Positions 1-11,194 of a stretch of 64,000 nucleotides of DNA are shown piece after piece. The notes under the pieces were generated by a model, which was not told the DNA's origin, ran no database searches, and was given only the letters and a program-made list of their open reading frames with translations. The stretch covers positions 165,416,001 through 165,480,000 of the forward strand of contig OX597816.1 in NCBI GenBank assembly GCA_951406725.2, written 5' to 3'. The DNA is from Octopus vulgaris (lineage: Eukaryota). The position numbers and the translations under genes were made by a program. Within the stretch, counting starts at the first letter, position 1, and the number at the start of each line of letters is the position of its first letter.

Positions 1-225
1 TGTGAGTGGATCTGGTAGATGGAAACTGAAAGAAGCCCATTGTATATGTGGTCTGCCCCACCCACCATCACTTGACAACCAATGTTGGTGTGTTTACCTC
101 CCCATAACTCGGTGGTAAGGCAAAAGAAACCGATAGAATAAGTACTAGGCTTACAAAGTATCAACCCTGGGGTCAATTTGTTTGACTAAAGACAGTGCTC
201 CAGAATGACCACATTCAAATGAGTG

Positions 226-226
<1 letters not shown>
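1..226 (+). mobile_element. SINE family 1 (tRNA/CORE-like head, internal microsatellite, GACTGAAACAAGTAAAAGAG tail), cut by window edge
   Basis: Matches the full-length copies at 23011-23428 and 58324-58710. Confidence 0.8.
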
Positions 227-256
<30 letters not shown>

Positions 257-309
257 AAATGCTGACATAAACATAGCCATATGCATCACATTAGGCTAGT
301 GTGTTGCAT

Positions 310-454
310 GTGTGAGTTCAAATTGCGCTGAGGTCAACTTTGCCTTTCATCCTGTCTGGGTCAATAAATTAAGTACCAGTTGCATTCTGGCATCAATCTT
401 ATTGACTAGGCCCCTACCCCAAAATTTCGGGCCTTGTGCCTAGAGCAGAAAAGA

Positions 455-456
<2 letters not shown>
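310..456 (+). mobile_element. SINE family 2 fragment (Meta-domain-like core)
   Basis: GAGTTCAAAT B-box, GCCTTTCATCC...AAATTAAGTACCAG core, and GGCCTTGTGCC...AGAAAAG tail. Confidence 0.75.

Positions 457-508
<52 letters not shown>
457..508. repeat. (TA)n microsatellite
   Basis: Direct reading. Confidence 0.95.
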
Positions 509-511
<3 letters not shown>

Positions 512-920
512 GTGTGAATGTGTATTTATACACAGAGAGGTGACCCTTGACAGGACGCCTTACATGCTAGAAAGGGCAGCCAAACCCAAACTGTGAAATG
601 TAATTCCAAAGAGAATGAAAACAAAAATTATTTACAGTTATATACACTCTTATATATGAAAATATGTTGTCTACTGACTTTTATTATGCATGCTAGCCAC
701 CGGTATGAACAATTTTCTAAATTTTCTACCCTTATAATTTTCACAGTAATACATGCATATATATTATATATATATATCTTTTATCTTTTGCTTGCTTCAG
801 TCATTAGATTGCTAGATTGCAGTATGCATGTACTCATAAATACACACAGTGTTTGTATGCACGCACACACACACTCACATACCTGTGCATATGAAGGAGT
901 GCACGTGTTTACACACATAC

Positions 921-1119
921 CTGATAAGGAACAATTTAACAGCAACAACGGAAAGAAGAAAAAAATGTGAATGTTGGAGGTTGAGCGAGTTTACAGGAAT
1001 AAGAGAAATTCTCATTATGCCGCCTCAGTGGTGGTAGAGATGGTGGTGGTGGTGGAGGGGGAAGTAGAGACGAAGGGAACGGAAGAACGACAGTGAAACA
1101 GCTCTGTGCTACCAGTCAC
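921..1119 (-). other. Candidate 199-nt exon containing an ATG (1015) that opens a signal-peptide-like ORF
   Basis: Acceptor TTGTACTTTTTATAG|G at 1120/1119 and donor CAG|GTATGT at 921/920. From 1015 it encodes MRISLIPVNSLNLQHSHFFLLSVVAVKLFLI plus 2 nt (phase 2). Confidence 0.35.
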
Positions 1120-1279
1120 CTATAAAAAGTACAAATCTGACCTTCAAACTAACATTGAACTGGTATCTACTTTCACCTACACTTGTAGCAAGGGGAAATA
1201 ATTACGACTGGCACAATGTATCTGCACAACACAGAAATGTAATAACTACAACAATAACGGCTGGTGGAACCCCCCACCA

Positions 1280-1280
1280 T

Positions 1281-1313
<33 letters not shown>

Positions 1314-1539
1314 TACACACAGACACACTTTCTCTCTATCTCTTTCACTGGCACAAAAATACCTACATGCAAAATTATATACATGTGAGTGTATGTGTTG
1401 TGTGTGTATAATACATATATGCACTATATACATATATATATATATATAAATACATACCTCACACACATTTACAATAAACATACACACATGTGCTATATCT
1501 ATGTATATATACATACATGCACTGTATACCTATGTGTGC

Positions 1540-1571
<32 letters not shown>

Positions 1572-1730
1572 TATATACATATACACACACACGTACTATA
1601 AATCTACACACACACTATTTATATATATAAATACACATACACACATGTACTATACACACACATGCACTATATAAATACACATACACTATATACATACATA
1701 CACACATTACTATATACATATATACACAGA
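1280..1730. repeat. Compound (CA)n/(TA)n microsatellite field
   Basis: Direct reading; explains the His/Thr/Ile/Tyr-rich ORFs in the track. Confidence 0.9.
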
Positions 1731-1837
1731 GATTGAGGTTTGTTTTAATGTCAAGTTATATATAAAAACAATTTAATGTTAAACTCAAGGATCACGCAAA
1801 TTCTTTTTACAGGAGTACATGTTTATTAATTTTTACA

Positions 1838-1936
1838 AGGAAAAGTTCGACAGTGACTTCGAAGTTGGTTCACCATCATCACTCTAATGATGACAGGCAA
1901 GCTAAAACTTCAAAAGCCACTGTTAGTCTTTCCCTT
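1838..1936. mobile_element. Palindromic element with degenerate hammerhead-like halves (Penelope-like terminus), copy 1
   Basis: Imperfect inverted repeat GACAGTGACTTCGAAGTT...AACTTCAAAAGCCACTGTT. Homologous to 9670-9776, including ~40 bp of left flank. Confidence 0.5.
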
Positions 1937-2374
1937 TATAATGTAATATATATCCTCCACTGTAGCATCCACATCCTTGTTAAGCAAGATCAAAAATGAA
2001 AGTAGACAACTGTGTGTGATAGCAAATGTAAACATCACAGGAGAAGAAATACTATACAGAGAACATGGAGCTGTAAATACCGTATATATTTAGTGAAATA
2101 TTGAAAAATATTGGCAGATAAACCAACATGTAATATTATGGGACACATTACTGAAAGAACCAAATCGATAACAGTTTTTTTTTTTTTTTGCCACAAGGAC
2201 ACCAGTGCAGGTAGCATTATGAGACTGTATTACACAACCAGTCAATGTGGCTTTTACAGAGAGTATGAAGAAATGCATGGAAAATAACGCAGAAAGATAT
2301 GAATACCTTCATAAGAGAGGAATCACTGAATGCTATGAATGAGCCTCATAAGTTGACTAAACTAGTAAATAATA

Positions 2375-2547
2375 ATCTTTTCTACTAAAAGCACAAGGCC
2401 TGAAATTTTAGGGGAGGAGGAGGAAACTCGATCACATGACTGGTACTTAATTTATTGATCCCCACCCCACAAAAGGATGAAAGGCAAAGTCGACTTTAGT
2501 GGAATTTAATAATGATAATAATAATAGTAATAATAATAACAATAATG

Positions 2548-2590
<43 letters not shown>

Positions 2591-3061
2591 TGCTTTCTGG
2601 TTTAGATGCAAGACCAGCAATTAAATGGGGTGTGTGATTAGAGAACAGCACTGACCCTAGCATGTGACTGGTCCTTATTTTATCAACACTGAAAGGACAA
2701 ACAGCAAAGCTGGCTTTGGCTGGATTTGAACTCTGAATGTAAAGAGCCCGAAGAAACGTTAAGCATTTCTGTCTGATGTCTTAAATCATTCAAATTTCGG
2801 CACAAGGACAACAATTTAGTGGTGGGGAGGAGCTTAACTGCTACCATCAACTACAGTACTTGAGGGGTACTTTATTTTTTATCACCCACCTCAATCCCCC
2901 CACCCCACCCCGAAAGGATGGCAGGCAAAATTGACCTTGGCGGCATTTGAACCTTATAATGAAAGGAATTCAAAGAAATGCTTCAAAATATTTCGTCCAA
3001 CATGCTAACAAACCCCTTAGCTTACTACCTTCAAAAATTATAAATAATAACAATAATAAAA

Positions 3062-3106
<45 letters not shown>

Positions 3107-3250
3107 TGTTTCAAATTCTGGCATAAAGCCAGTAACCTTAATGACAGAAGGGTGGCTAGTCAATACCTGCAATTCCTAACCCCAGTACTTGACTGATACT
3201 TTATCGTATTAACACCACCACCACCAGACAAAAGACAACACTGACCTCAT
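2375..3250 (-). mobile_element. Stack of four partial SINE family 2 copies, partly separated by (AAT)n tracts
   Basis: Repeated GCACAAGGCC/CTGGTACTT/AAAGGATGAAAGGCAAAGTCGAC motifs; (AAT)n at ~2508-2590 and ~3043-3104. Confidence 0.75.
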
Positions 3251-4030
3251 AACAACAACAACAACAAATATACAGACTCAATTTTTTTCTTTTTCTTTTA
3301 TAGATTGCAGATAAGCATGGATATTTATATTAAATTAGGTGAAATAAAGAAGATACGGTCTTCAAGCGTGTCTTAATCAGGATCATAAAGAAGTATGTTG
3401 CTGCTTTCCACAACATGGTATTCACCCATGTTGCGAATGACCTCTGTGTGTCACACAATCTCATTTCTGTCTCACCTTCCACCTCTGATACAAACACAAC
3501 ACTTTTATTATGGTTTGCCTGTCTCGGTACATAATAATAACAGGTTTCTTTATTTTACTTTATTTACACACAGATATGAAGTGTGGAAGGTTTTGAGAGG
3601 TATTTCTAACCGTCTGTCATATAACACAGGTGGACTAGAACGTTAGGTAGATTGTCAGGCAAAAAGGACAACGCAACACGTTGCCTTGTATTGTGTCTAG
3701 CCCTGCTTATCTGCATTCTGATTTCAAATCTTGCCAAGGTCAACTTTGTTTTGGATGTGCAAAATATACCAGTGTGTTTTGTGTGTGGCTTTAGCGAGCC
3801 TGTTAGAGATTGATGCAGCAGAGAAGGAAGTGGAAATAGCAGCAACAGGGAATTTGAAACAAAATTATGGACGAAAACAATAACAAATGAATGGTGGTAA
3901 TGGGGATGGTGAGGGACACGTTGAAAAAAAAAAACAAAAAAAATCCTTTCTATTATAGGTACAAGGCCTGAAATTTGCAGGGCGGGGGAGGTTTAGTCAA
4001 ATACATAGACCCCAGCAGAATTTCTACTTA

Positions 4031-4067
<37 letters not shown>

Positions 4068-4089
4068 GATATAACATTGATGATGATTT

Positions 4090-4300
4090 CTTACACTAGG
4101 CACAAGGCCCGAAATTTTTGGAAAGGGGGCCAGTCGATTAGATCGACACCAGAATGCAACTGGTACTTAATTTATCGACCCCAAAATGATAAAAAGGCAA
4201 AGTCGACCTCGGCGGAATTTGAACTCAGAATGTAAATGCAGACGAAATACTGCTAAGCATTTCGCCCGGCATGCTAACGTTTCTGTCAGTTCAGCGCCTT
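4090..4300 (-). mobile_element. SINE family 2, near full length
   Basis: Head, B-box, core and tail are all present; AAT-rich flanks. Confidence 0.85.
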
Positions 4301-4963
4301 ATAATAATAAAAATAATAATATTGATAATAAAAAAAAAAACATCATATATTTGAAAATGAAAATGTGGTCCACAACAGAAAAATGACACACACACACATG
4401 AATGTAAGTATAAAAATGTTTGTAGTGTGTGTGTGTGTATGGTATTAAGTAGTGATATGAATTGGAATGAGACATATACAATAACTGGGGTCTGACATTT
4501 AACCTTAGCTAATAAATCATATCCCATGCAAACCGTTAATCCTTTTAGTGACAGCATTCCCTAATGAGTAGACTTGCTGATTAAAGTGTTTTAATTCAAT
4601 AATAATATAAACAAAAAAATTTGGAAAAGCTTTGTAAAATGCATGTGGTTGCATAACATGTTAGTATATACCAAGTGAAATCCTAAGTTACCATAGATGT
4701 ATAACAAGATTTTGGTCAAGGATCTGAGCAGGTGGTCACAGGTGGATTGGTATTAAGTAAACCAAGCCAGTAAGACTAGAGATATGTGAGGAATTTTTCC
4801 AAAGTAATATGATTTATCAAGGAACAGAATGTTTTGGGAAAATTTTTTTTTTATAAAGCTCCATTCATTTCCCCCCTGGTATACCATATATACACAGGCA
4901 GGTAACAAACAGGAAACTGTGTGTACATATGTAGGTTTGTGTCTATATATATAAATACATCTG

Positions 4964-4996
<33 letters not shown>

Positions 4997-5676
4997 TTAC
5001 TAATATTTAGCAGAAGCAACAGAGTGACTCAAGGACTGAGAATTTCGTGCATTAGCACTTACCAAAGTTGATTCTGCTAAACATTAAACATATATACATA
5101 CACATACATATATATATATATACACACACACATATATATATATATGTGTATATACATACATATATACACAGATATATATATACATACATACACCCATGCT
5201 TTGAGTTCTATTTTTCGTTTGCATCACCAAGCCTTTACACACACACACATGTACAAACACAGATATATGCATGATTTTCATTCATTGATCTGGGAAGAAA
5301 GAGGGGCAGCAAGTGCTCTTAGTGTTTTCAGGTCCTCTTTCTAGGCTATGGAGTCAGTTACAACTTCAATCAGATATTTAATATGCAAACATGTGTGTCC
5401 ATGTTTGTAAACACAAGATGGAAACCGTACACGAGCAATCACCCTACTAGAAATAACAGCCAAATCTCACTCAAACCATATACCATACTCTGTTAACAAA
5501 ACAAAAAGGAGGGATAAGATAGATAGTTGATAATGGACCTAGAAGAAAAAGATGGGATCATTACAAGTGAAACACTTTGGATCACAGGTCAGCTTGAGGA
5601 GGGTGGATCTAGGACCAAAGAACAACAACAAAGAAAAGAGTCAAATAGATTTTGTTTGTTTTAATGTTTTACTCAC

Positions 5677-5908
5677 AGAGGGAATCCATGGTTCCAGTAC
5701 TTGCATTGCTAGATCTTCTGCCATCTCCAACTAAACTGGCAACTTGTAAACTGATCCGACGATCCAACTGGATACTGTGTCTTTTACGACCAGCTTTGGT
5801 CTTGAAACCTTCCTCGGCTTCTTCAATACTCCGCATCTTTTCCGTTACATCGAACTTATCGTCGTCATTTGAGTGGTTTTTAGACATCAGTCTTTTCACG
5901 AAAGACAT
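5677..5908 (-). CDS. Probable first coding exon of an unidentified spliced gene (77 codons + 1 nt, phase 1); the gene continues to the left
   Basis: Non-repetitive ORF MSFVKRLMSKNHSNDDDKFDVTEKMRSIEEAEEGFKTKAGRKRHSIQLDRRISLQVASLVGDGRRSSNASTGTMDSL with protein-like composition. It runs into a consensus donor T|GTGAGT (GT at 5676-5675), with an in-frame stop just inside the intron. No family recognised. Confidence 0.7.
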
Positions 5909-8200
5909 CCTGAATTTTTTTTTCTTTTTTAAAATTCCTTCTTTTCACTTTATATCTTTAGTGGGCTTGTTCTCGGAAAGAAGCTGAAATACTTCCGACC
6001 TGACCTCACCTCACCTTCTAACTTGACCTAACGTGACTGCCAGGTACAACAGACCCTACCAGTCAATGTTCCAACAGAACGGCTAGAGTTAGAGTGAGTG
6101 ATAGTGAGTCAAGTGAGTAAATGAGTGGAAAGCAAGAACGAGAGATAGAGAGAGAATGAGAGAGAGAGAGAGTATGTGAGAAAGAGAGAGAGAGCCCAAG
6201 GACATTTGAAAGCTAAATGTTAAAATTGCTATTTACCACTTACACGGAGTGTTGAAAAAGTAACTGTTTGACTGTTCAAGAAGTATAAAAGCTAGTCTTA
6301 GATCAGCTGCTAGTTATTTGGACAGGGCTGGGCTGGGAGGTGTTTTTTTGGTACTCTTTTACTACCTGTTTTGGAATTTAACAATTTCCAAAATAATATT
6401 GAAAGTAAAATATTATACTGAAAGATTTACAAGAGAAAAAGTTGTTTCTAAAATTTTGTGAAAACCAAAGTGACTTTTATGTATGACACAGCTAATTAAT
6501 AACTGTAATTACACGAAAGAATTAATTTTTTAGCAGTGTCAACAAAAGTACTGAATAAAAAACCAAGGTTTTGAAGAGGGGATTGAATGAGAAAATTGTA
6601 GGAAGTTTAGAAAACTTTGGTTGGAAAAGTTCCTAAGAAGTGAGTAAGGCCTTTTGGCAGGGCCAAGTGACAACTGCCAGGTAGTAGCAGTACCTTAAAC
6701 TATGTGTGGTAGATGAGGTGTGCGGTACACAAGTGAAACACATCACACTTTCAGATGAAAGTTGATGACAAGTGGTTGGTGTGTGAAAGTGAGTGAATGT
6801 GTGCGTGCGTGAATTTGTGTGTGTGGGTATGTCTGTGTGAGTATGTGTATCTGTGTGTGTGTGTGTGTGTAGTTTATTATATCAGCCCAGCAGGTATCCC
6901 CTTATGTACAAGTTCTGGTTGGTCAGCTACCTGAAGTAGAGGAGTCAAGGAAGGAAGGAAATAAAGTTTGGCAGCTTTTGACCACTCCCCCTCCTTGAAT
7001 ACAAAAACTCACTGCTTGTGTGAGTCGGAGGAAAGAGAAGGAGAGACGGATGAGGTGTAAAGAGGAGAGACAGAGAGAGAAAGAGTGAGAGAGGGGGTAA
7101 ACGAAAACAACCGTAGAAATAATTTCGAAAGTAGGAGATAAAAAATCAAAAAAACCATGTAAACAAAGTAAAAATGTAAAACTGATTTTAATTTGTTCAC
7201 ACTCTGGTGAGGATGTATTTTCGAAAGTCTGCTAGGAAAGGAGCTTCACGTCAGCTGAGAGGACAAATCGAGAGAGGGGGAGAATAACAGCAGCAAAACC
7301 AAAACAAAAAACGGCGAAATGTATGGCTTAGGAAGAAAACGACGGGTGGGGAGGTTTTCAGACATGGACTTAACGCAATAGGAAGAAGGCAATAAGATAG
7401 GAATTATGAATTTTCCAACGTAAAGTGGGATAATGCAGATACCATTGTAACTGAATCGATAGCAACAGCAGGAGCAGCAGCGAAGAAATCACTAAAAAAA
7501 ATGTATATAAAGAAAGAATCAGAGCGAGTAAAATATTTCACCGCAATGGTGGTTTATCGGGAGAGGGGGAGCGAGAGAGAAGAGAATGGTACATTGGCTG
7601 TGTAAATAGAAGCGAAACCTTCTCCAGGGAAGGGGGCTATACATAGAAATTGGCTGTGGTAGACAGAAGGTAACAATGAATAGAAATCGAAGAAGGCGGT
7701 GTTTAAAAGAAGATAAAACCGTTTAACACAGACAGAACATAGCAGCTAGGGTAGAAAAGCGAAATAGCTAGGAAGAAATGCAATAATAATAATTATAATA
7801 CATGCTTCGATGTCGCAGCAACAACATACTTCGCCTCTTTCCTAACCGTGACAGTAAAATTGGAGATGGACGGAGGTATAACAATACTATACTGGATTAA
7901 ACCGTTCGGTGGTAGCACTTGGTCCCACCAAGGCCTTACAGACACCTGAAGGAAGCATGTGTGTGGTCGGTGGCTCCCGGAAGATTCGCTATCACAGCAG
8001 CATTGCAGTGTAGTCGCAGTAGACGTGTCGAGGTGGTCGCAGCTCTAATTGGTAGTAGCAGCAGCAAACAGCGGCTGTGGCGACCAAACAGCAGCAAATT
8101 GTAAACCAATGTTTCTTCAGTAGGAACAGCTAGGCTAGTCTTTCACTTGATATATTACTATACATAAATAAACACATCACACACACACACACACATCCAT
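5909..8200 (-). promoter_or_regulatory. Putative 5'UTR/promoter region of the minus-strand gene
   Basis: About 2.3 kb with no recognisable SINE. It is pyrimidine-rich on the minus strand and retains CpG from ~7200. It has two CAGCCAAT boxes (7593-7600, 7649-7656) and a CRE-like TGACGTGA near 7246-7253. The TSS cannot be located from sequence. Confidence 0.4.
6931..7012 (-). other. Candidate 82-nt 5'UTR intron
   Basis: The minus strand reads GTGAGTTTTTG...CTTTATTTCCTTCCTTCCTTGACTCCTCTACTTCAG: a consensus donor, a long polypyrimidine tract and CAG, about 1 kb upstream of the 5908 ATG. Confidence 0.45.
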
Positions 8201-8467
8201 CTATATATATATATATATCAAGCTAGCGCACTCAGCTGATGTATGAAAGAACAGGCACACGAACACATACGCGCATACACGCACCAGACATCTATATATA
8301 AATTATACATACATAAAATATAAAAAGAAAATGGGGCTTCTGTAGTTTAACCCTACAAAGGAATAAACAATAACCGGCTTTTATTTGGATTATTTATTTA
8401 TTTTATTTATTTAAAATGAAAAAGAAAAATAAGAATTTTACGAAACGAACACGGTAGATGCGTCTTC

Positions 8468-8503
<36 letters not shown>

Positions 8504-9229
8504 GCGACGGAGGCGGTCAGTGTCTTAAAATGACCAGGAATACTGATAGAGGTGGTAGGATTATGATTATAGTCTTATTATAATTAGAGATAAGGAATGT
8601 CAGGGTACTCTATCATACCCATAACACAGCCGAAAGGAGGATATATAAACAGGTTTATCGATCGATTTATTAATATGATAAATAAGTGTTTAAACTATAA
8701 ATAGGTTGCCGATTTTTTTTTCCCCGTAAAATCAGCGCCGCTGCCCAGGAAAGTTTAAGAATGTGGTTAGCACATGTCGCGTGTTTACATTATGGTAAAT
8801 TTTTGCTTCATTGCGGTCTTAGAGTCAAAGTAAGAAAGAAAAAAAGAAATAATAGTAAACAAATAAAAATGTATTCGCGTCTGGTTACGGGTGACAGTCG
8901 GGTGGATGGAATCTATGGGGTCACTTGAGCTAATACAAGAATCTGCCCTTATGTGGTTCATTTAATATATATATATATACATATATATTTATATAAAATA
9001 GCAGCCGAATATATCTTGAAGCGATATATATTCCTCTAAAAGAAAAAAAAGAAAAGAACTGTGTATTGGATAATATATTCCAAGAGATGCTGTGTCTAAA
9101 TAAAAAAAAGAAAGAAAGAAAAGAAAGGGAGAAAGAGAGAGGGGGAAGGGGAAACGGATGAGATGGTTACGGCTAGAATGTTTGATCAGGTCTGCAGGAT
9201 CAGAGCTGACCAGGGGCTAAACAAGTATA

Positions 9230-9364
9230 TATTTCTTTACTACCCACAAGGGGCTAAACACAGAGGGGACAAACAAGGATAGACAAACGGATTAAGTCGA
9301 TTACATCGATCCCAGTGCGTAACTGGTACTTAATTTATCGACCCCGAAAGGATGAAAGGCAAAG
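9230..9364 (-). mobile_element. 5'-truncated SINE family 2 with 7-bp TSD
   Basis: TSD AAGTATA at 9223-9229 and 9365-9371. Confidence 0.85.
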
Positions 9365-9458
9365 AAGTATAACGGATATACGAGGACTGAAACTGTCATT
9401 TTGTTATTTTAATTGAATTAACGGAACTTACATATGTATATATTTATACGTCTGCTAG

Positions 9459-9530
9459 TCTATCAAGAAGAACTGAAGAAATTCTTGGATGTTTAATGAC
9501 AGAGAATGAGGGAATTATAAAGAGAAATTG
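9459..9530 (+). other. Candidate 72-nt plus-strand exon (phase 2-2)
   Basis: Weak acceptor (TCTGCTAG at 9451-9458) and strong donor TTG|GTAAGT at 9531. One frame is open: LSRRTEEILGCLMTENEGIIKRN. Confidence 0.3.
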
Positions 9531-9669
9531 GTAAGTAATTTATCAAACAAACATTTTTTTATATTTTTTCTATAAAATAATTATTAATAATTATATATAT
9601 ATATATACATACAAACAAAGATAACTTAATACTTTTTCGCGGACTACATATCTATTTTTCACAAGGAAA

Positions 9670-9776
9670 AAAAGGTTGACAGTGATATCGAAGTTTGGGC
9701 TTGCTCACCACCTTCATCAAACAGTTTGGCGAAGGAAGCAGGCAAGCCAAAACTTCGAAGTCACTTTCAACCTTTT
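9670..9776. mobile_element. Palindromic double-hammerhead-like element (Penelope-like terminus), copy 2
   Basis: Arms AAAAGGTTGACAGTGATATCGAAGTTTGGGCTTGC and GCAAGCCAAAACTTCGAAGTCACTTTCAACCTTTT flank a central TTCATCAAACAGTTTGGCGAA. Confidence 0.55.
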
Positions 9777-10504
9777 CGTCGTAACGGTTAATCTACGATT
9801 ATGTATATGTAAACACACACATAGATATTTCTAAAGAACATGGTATGATTTGCGGAAGAATAGACCGTTATTTTTAGCAGACAAAGATATTTTCATTGAC
9901 ACTTCTTTTTGCTGTTTTTTTTCTTTTTTCTACCATAGTCTTAGACAGTCTACCTAGGGGTATATCATGAAATGTGTCTTCTGTATTCAAGAAAGTAGGG
10001 TACTACGATGCGAGAAAGATTCGGCTGTTATGTCTAGCAGGTGGAGCGGTCACGTTGGGACCCCCATCCCTCGCTTTCTAAAAATAATCTTTGCCACTTT
10101 TTTTTTTTTACCTTGCTTTCTATGTAATGACAGCATCAACGGAATGAAGACGAAACGGAGAATCGAAACCGGGTTATAGAGCCAGCTCCCCCCAGAAATC
10201 GTTTAACATTGATTTCTAACACAAACACTTGCTAAGTCATCGTGTGTGAGAGATCGATTATATCGACAGTCCCCCCTCTCCAGAATGTTACTGGTTGGTG
10301 CTGGTATTTAATCAACTGTAGGGAAAACGGAAAGCGGAGTCAATCGACGGCGGCCGGATTTGAACTCACGACGCGAAGAACTGTAATTAAATAAACGTCA
10401 GCCAATTTCAACTGCTGCTGCCGCCGCCGCTGCTCTATCGATTCCGTCGTCCATAAGCCTCATGATATCGATTTCCAATAATCTTGTTTGGAACTTGTTT
10501 ATGG

Positions 10505-10529
10505 AGAGAAAGAGAGGCGGGGGGGGAGA

Positions 10530-10578
<49 letters not shown>

Positions 10579-10860
10579 AGCGTGTATGTGTGTAAAGGTT
10601 AAAAGATGGCATTTGAAATCTATGTAAGTTCTGACACAGTGTGCATGTGTGTGTGTGAGAGAGAGGAGGGGAAGAAAGAAAGAAAGAAAGAAAGAGACAG
10701 AAAGGCAGAGAGAGAGAGAGAGACAGAGACAGAAAGACAGAGAGAGAGAGAGAAAGAGACGGAAAGACAGAGAGAGAAAGAGACGGAAAGACAGAGAGAG
10801 ATGGAAAGGTGTGTGATAGAAAGTGTGTATGCGTGTGAGAACAAGAGAGTGTCTGCATGA
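10505..10860. repeat. (GA)n/(GAAA)n purine-rich compound microsatellite
   Basis: Direct reading; source of the Leu/Ser-rich pseudo-ORFs. Confidence 0.9.
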
Positions 10861-11194
10861 ATGTGTAGGTAAGTGTTTGTGTGTGTACGAGGAGAGGAAA
10901 AAAGAAGTGTTTGTGTATGAATATGAGAACGTTTTGTGTGTAAACAAGAGGCAAGTGGTAGGTTAGAACACCTTACAGCGGCTATGTAATAAACAGGTAA
11001 ATAATGTTATATATTCCCTCAGCAGGTATATATCAACAGTAACATCGTACAAACAGGTAAAATGATGTATGCTCAAGAGCTAATGAGCTTATTGTATTAT
11101 TATATCCACTGTTGTGGATATATCTGTATGTAAAACGCTGTTATACACTCGCTCTCACATTATTGGGTGTGTCTATATATATATATATATATAA

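Noticed and set aside
3326-3484. Minus-strand frame containing QRSFATWVNTML, faintly like a calponin-homology start
   Set aside because: Weak acceptor; joining it to the phase-1 upstream exon creates an immediate TAG; no further motif.
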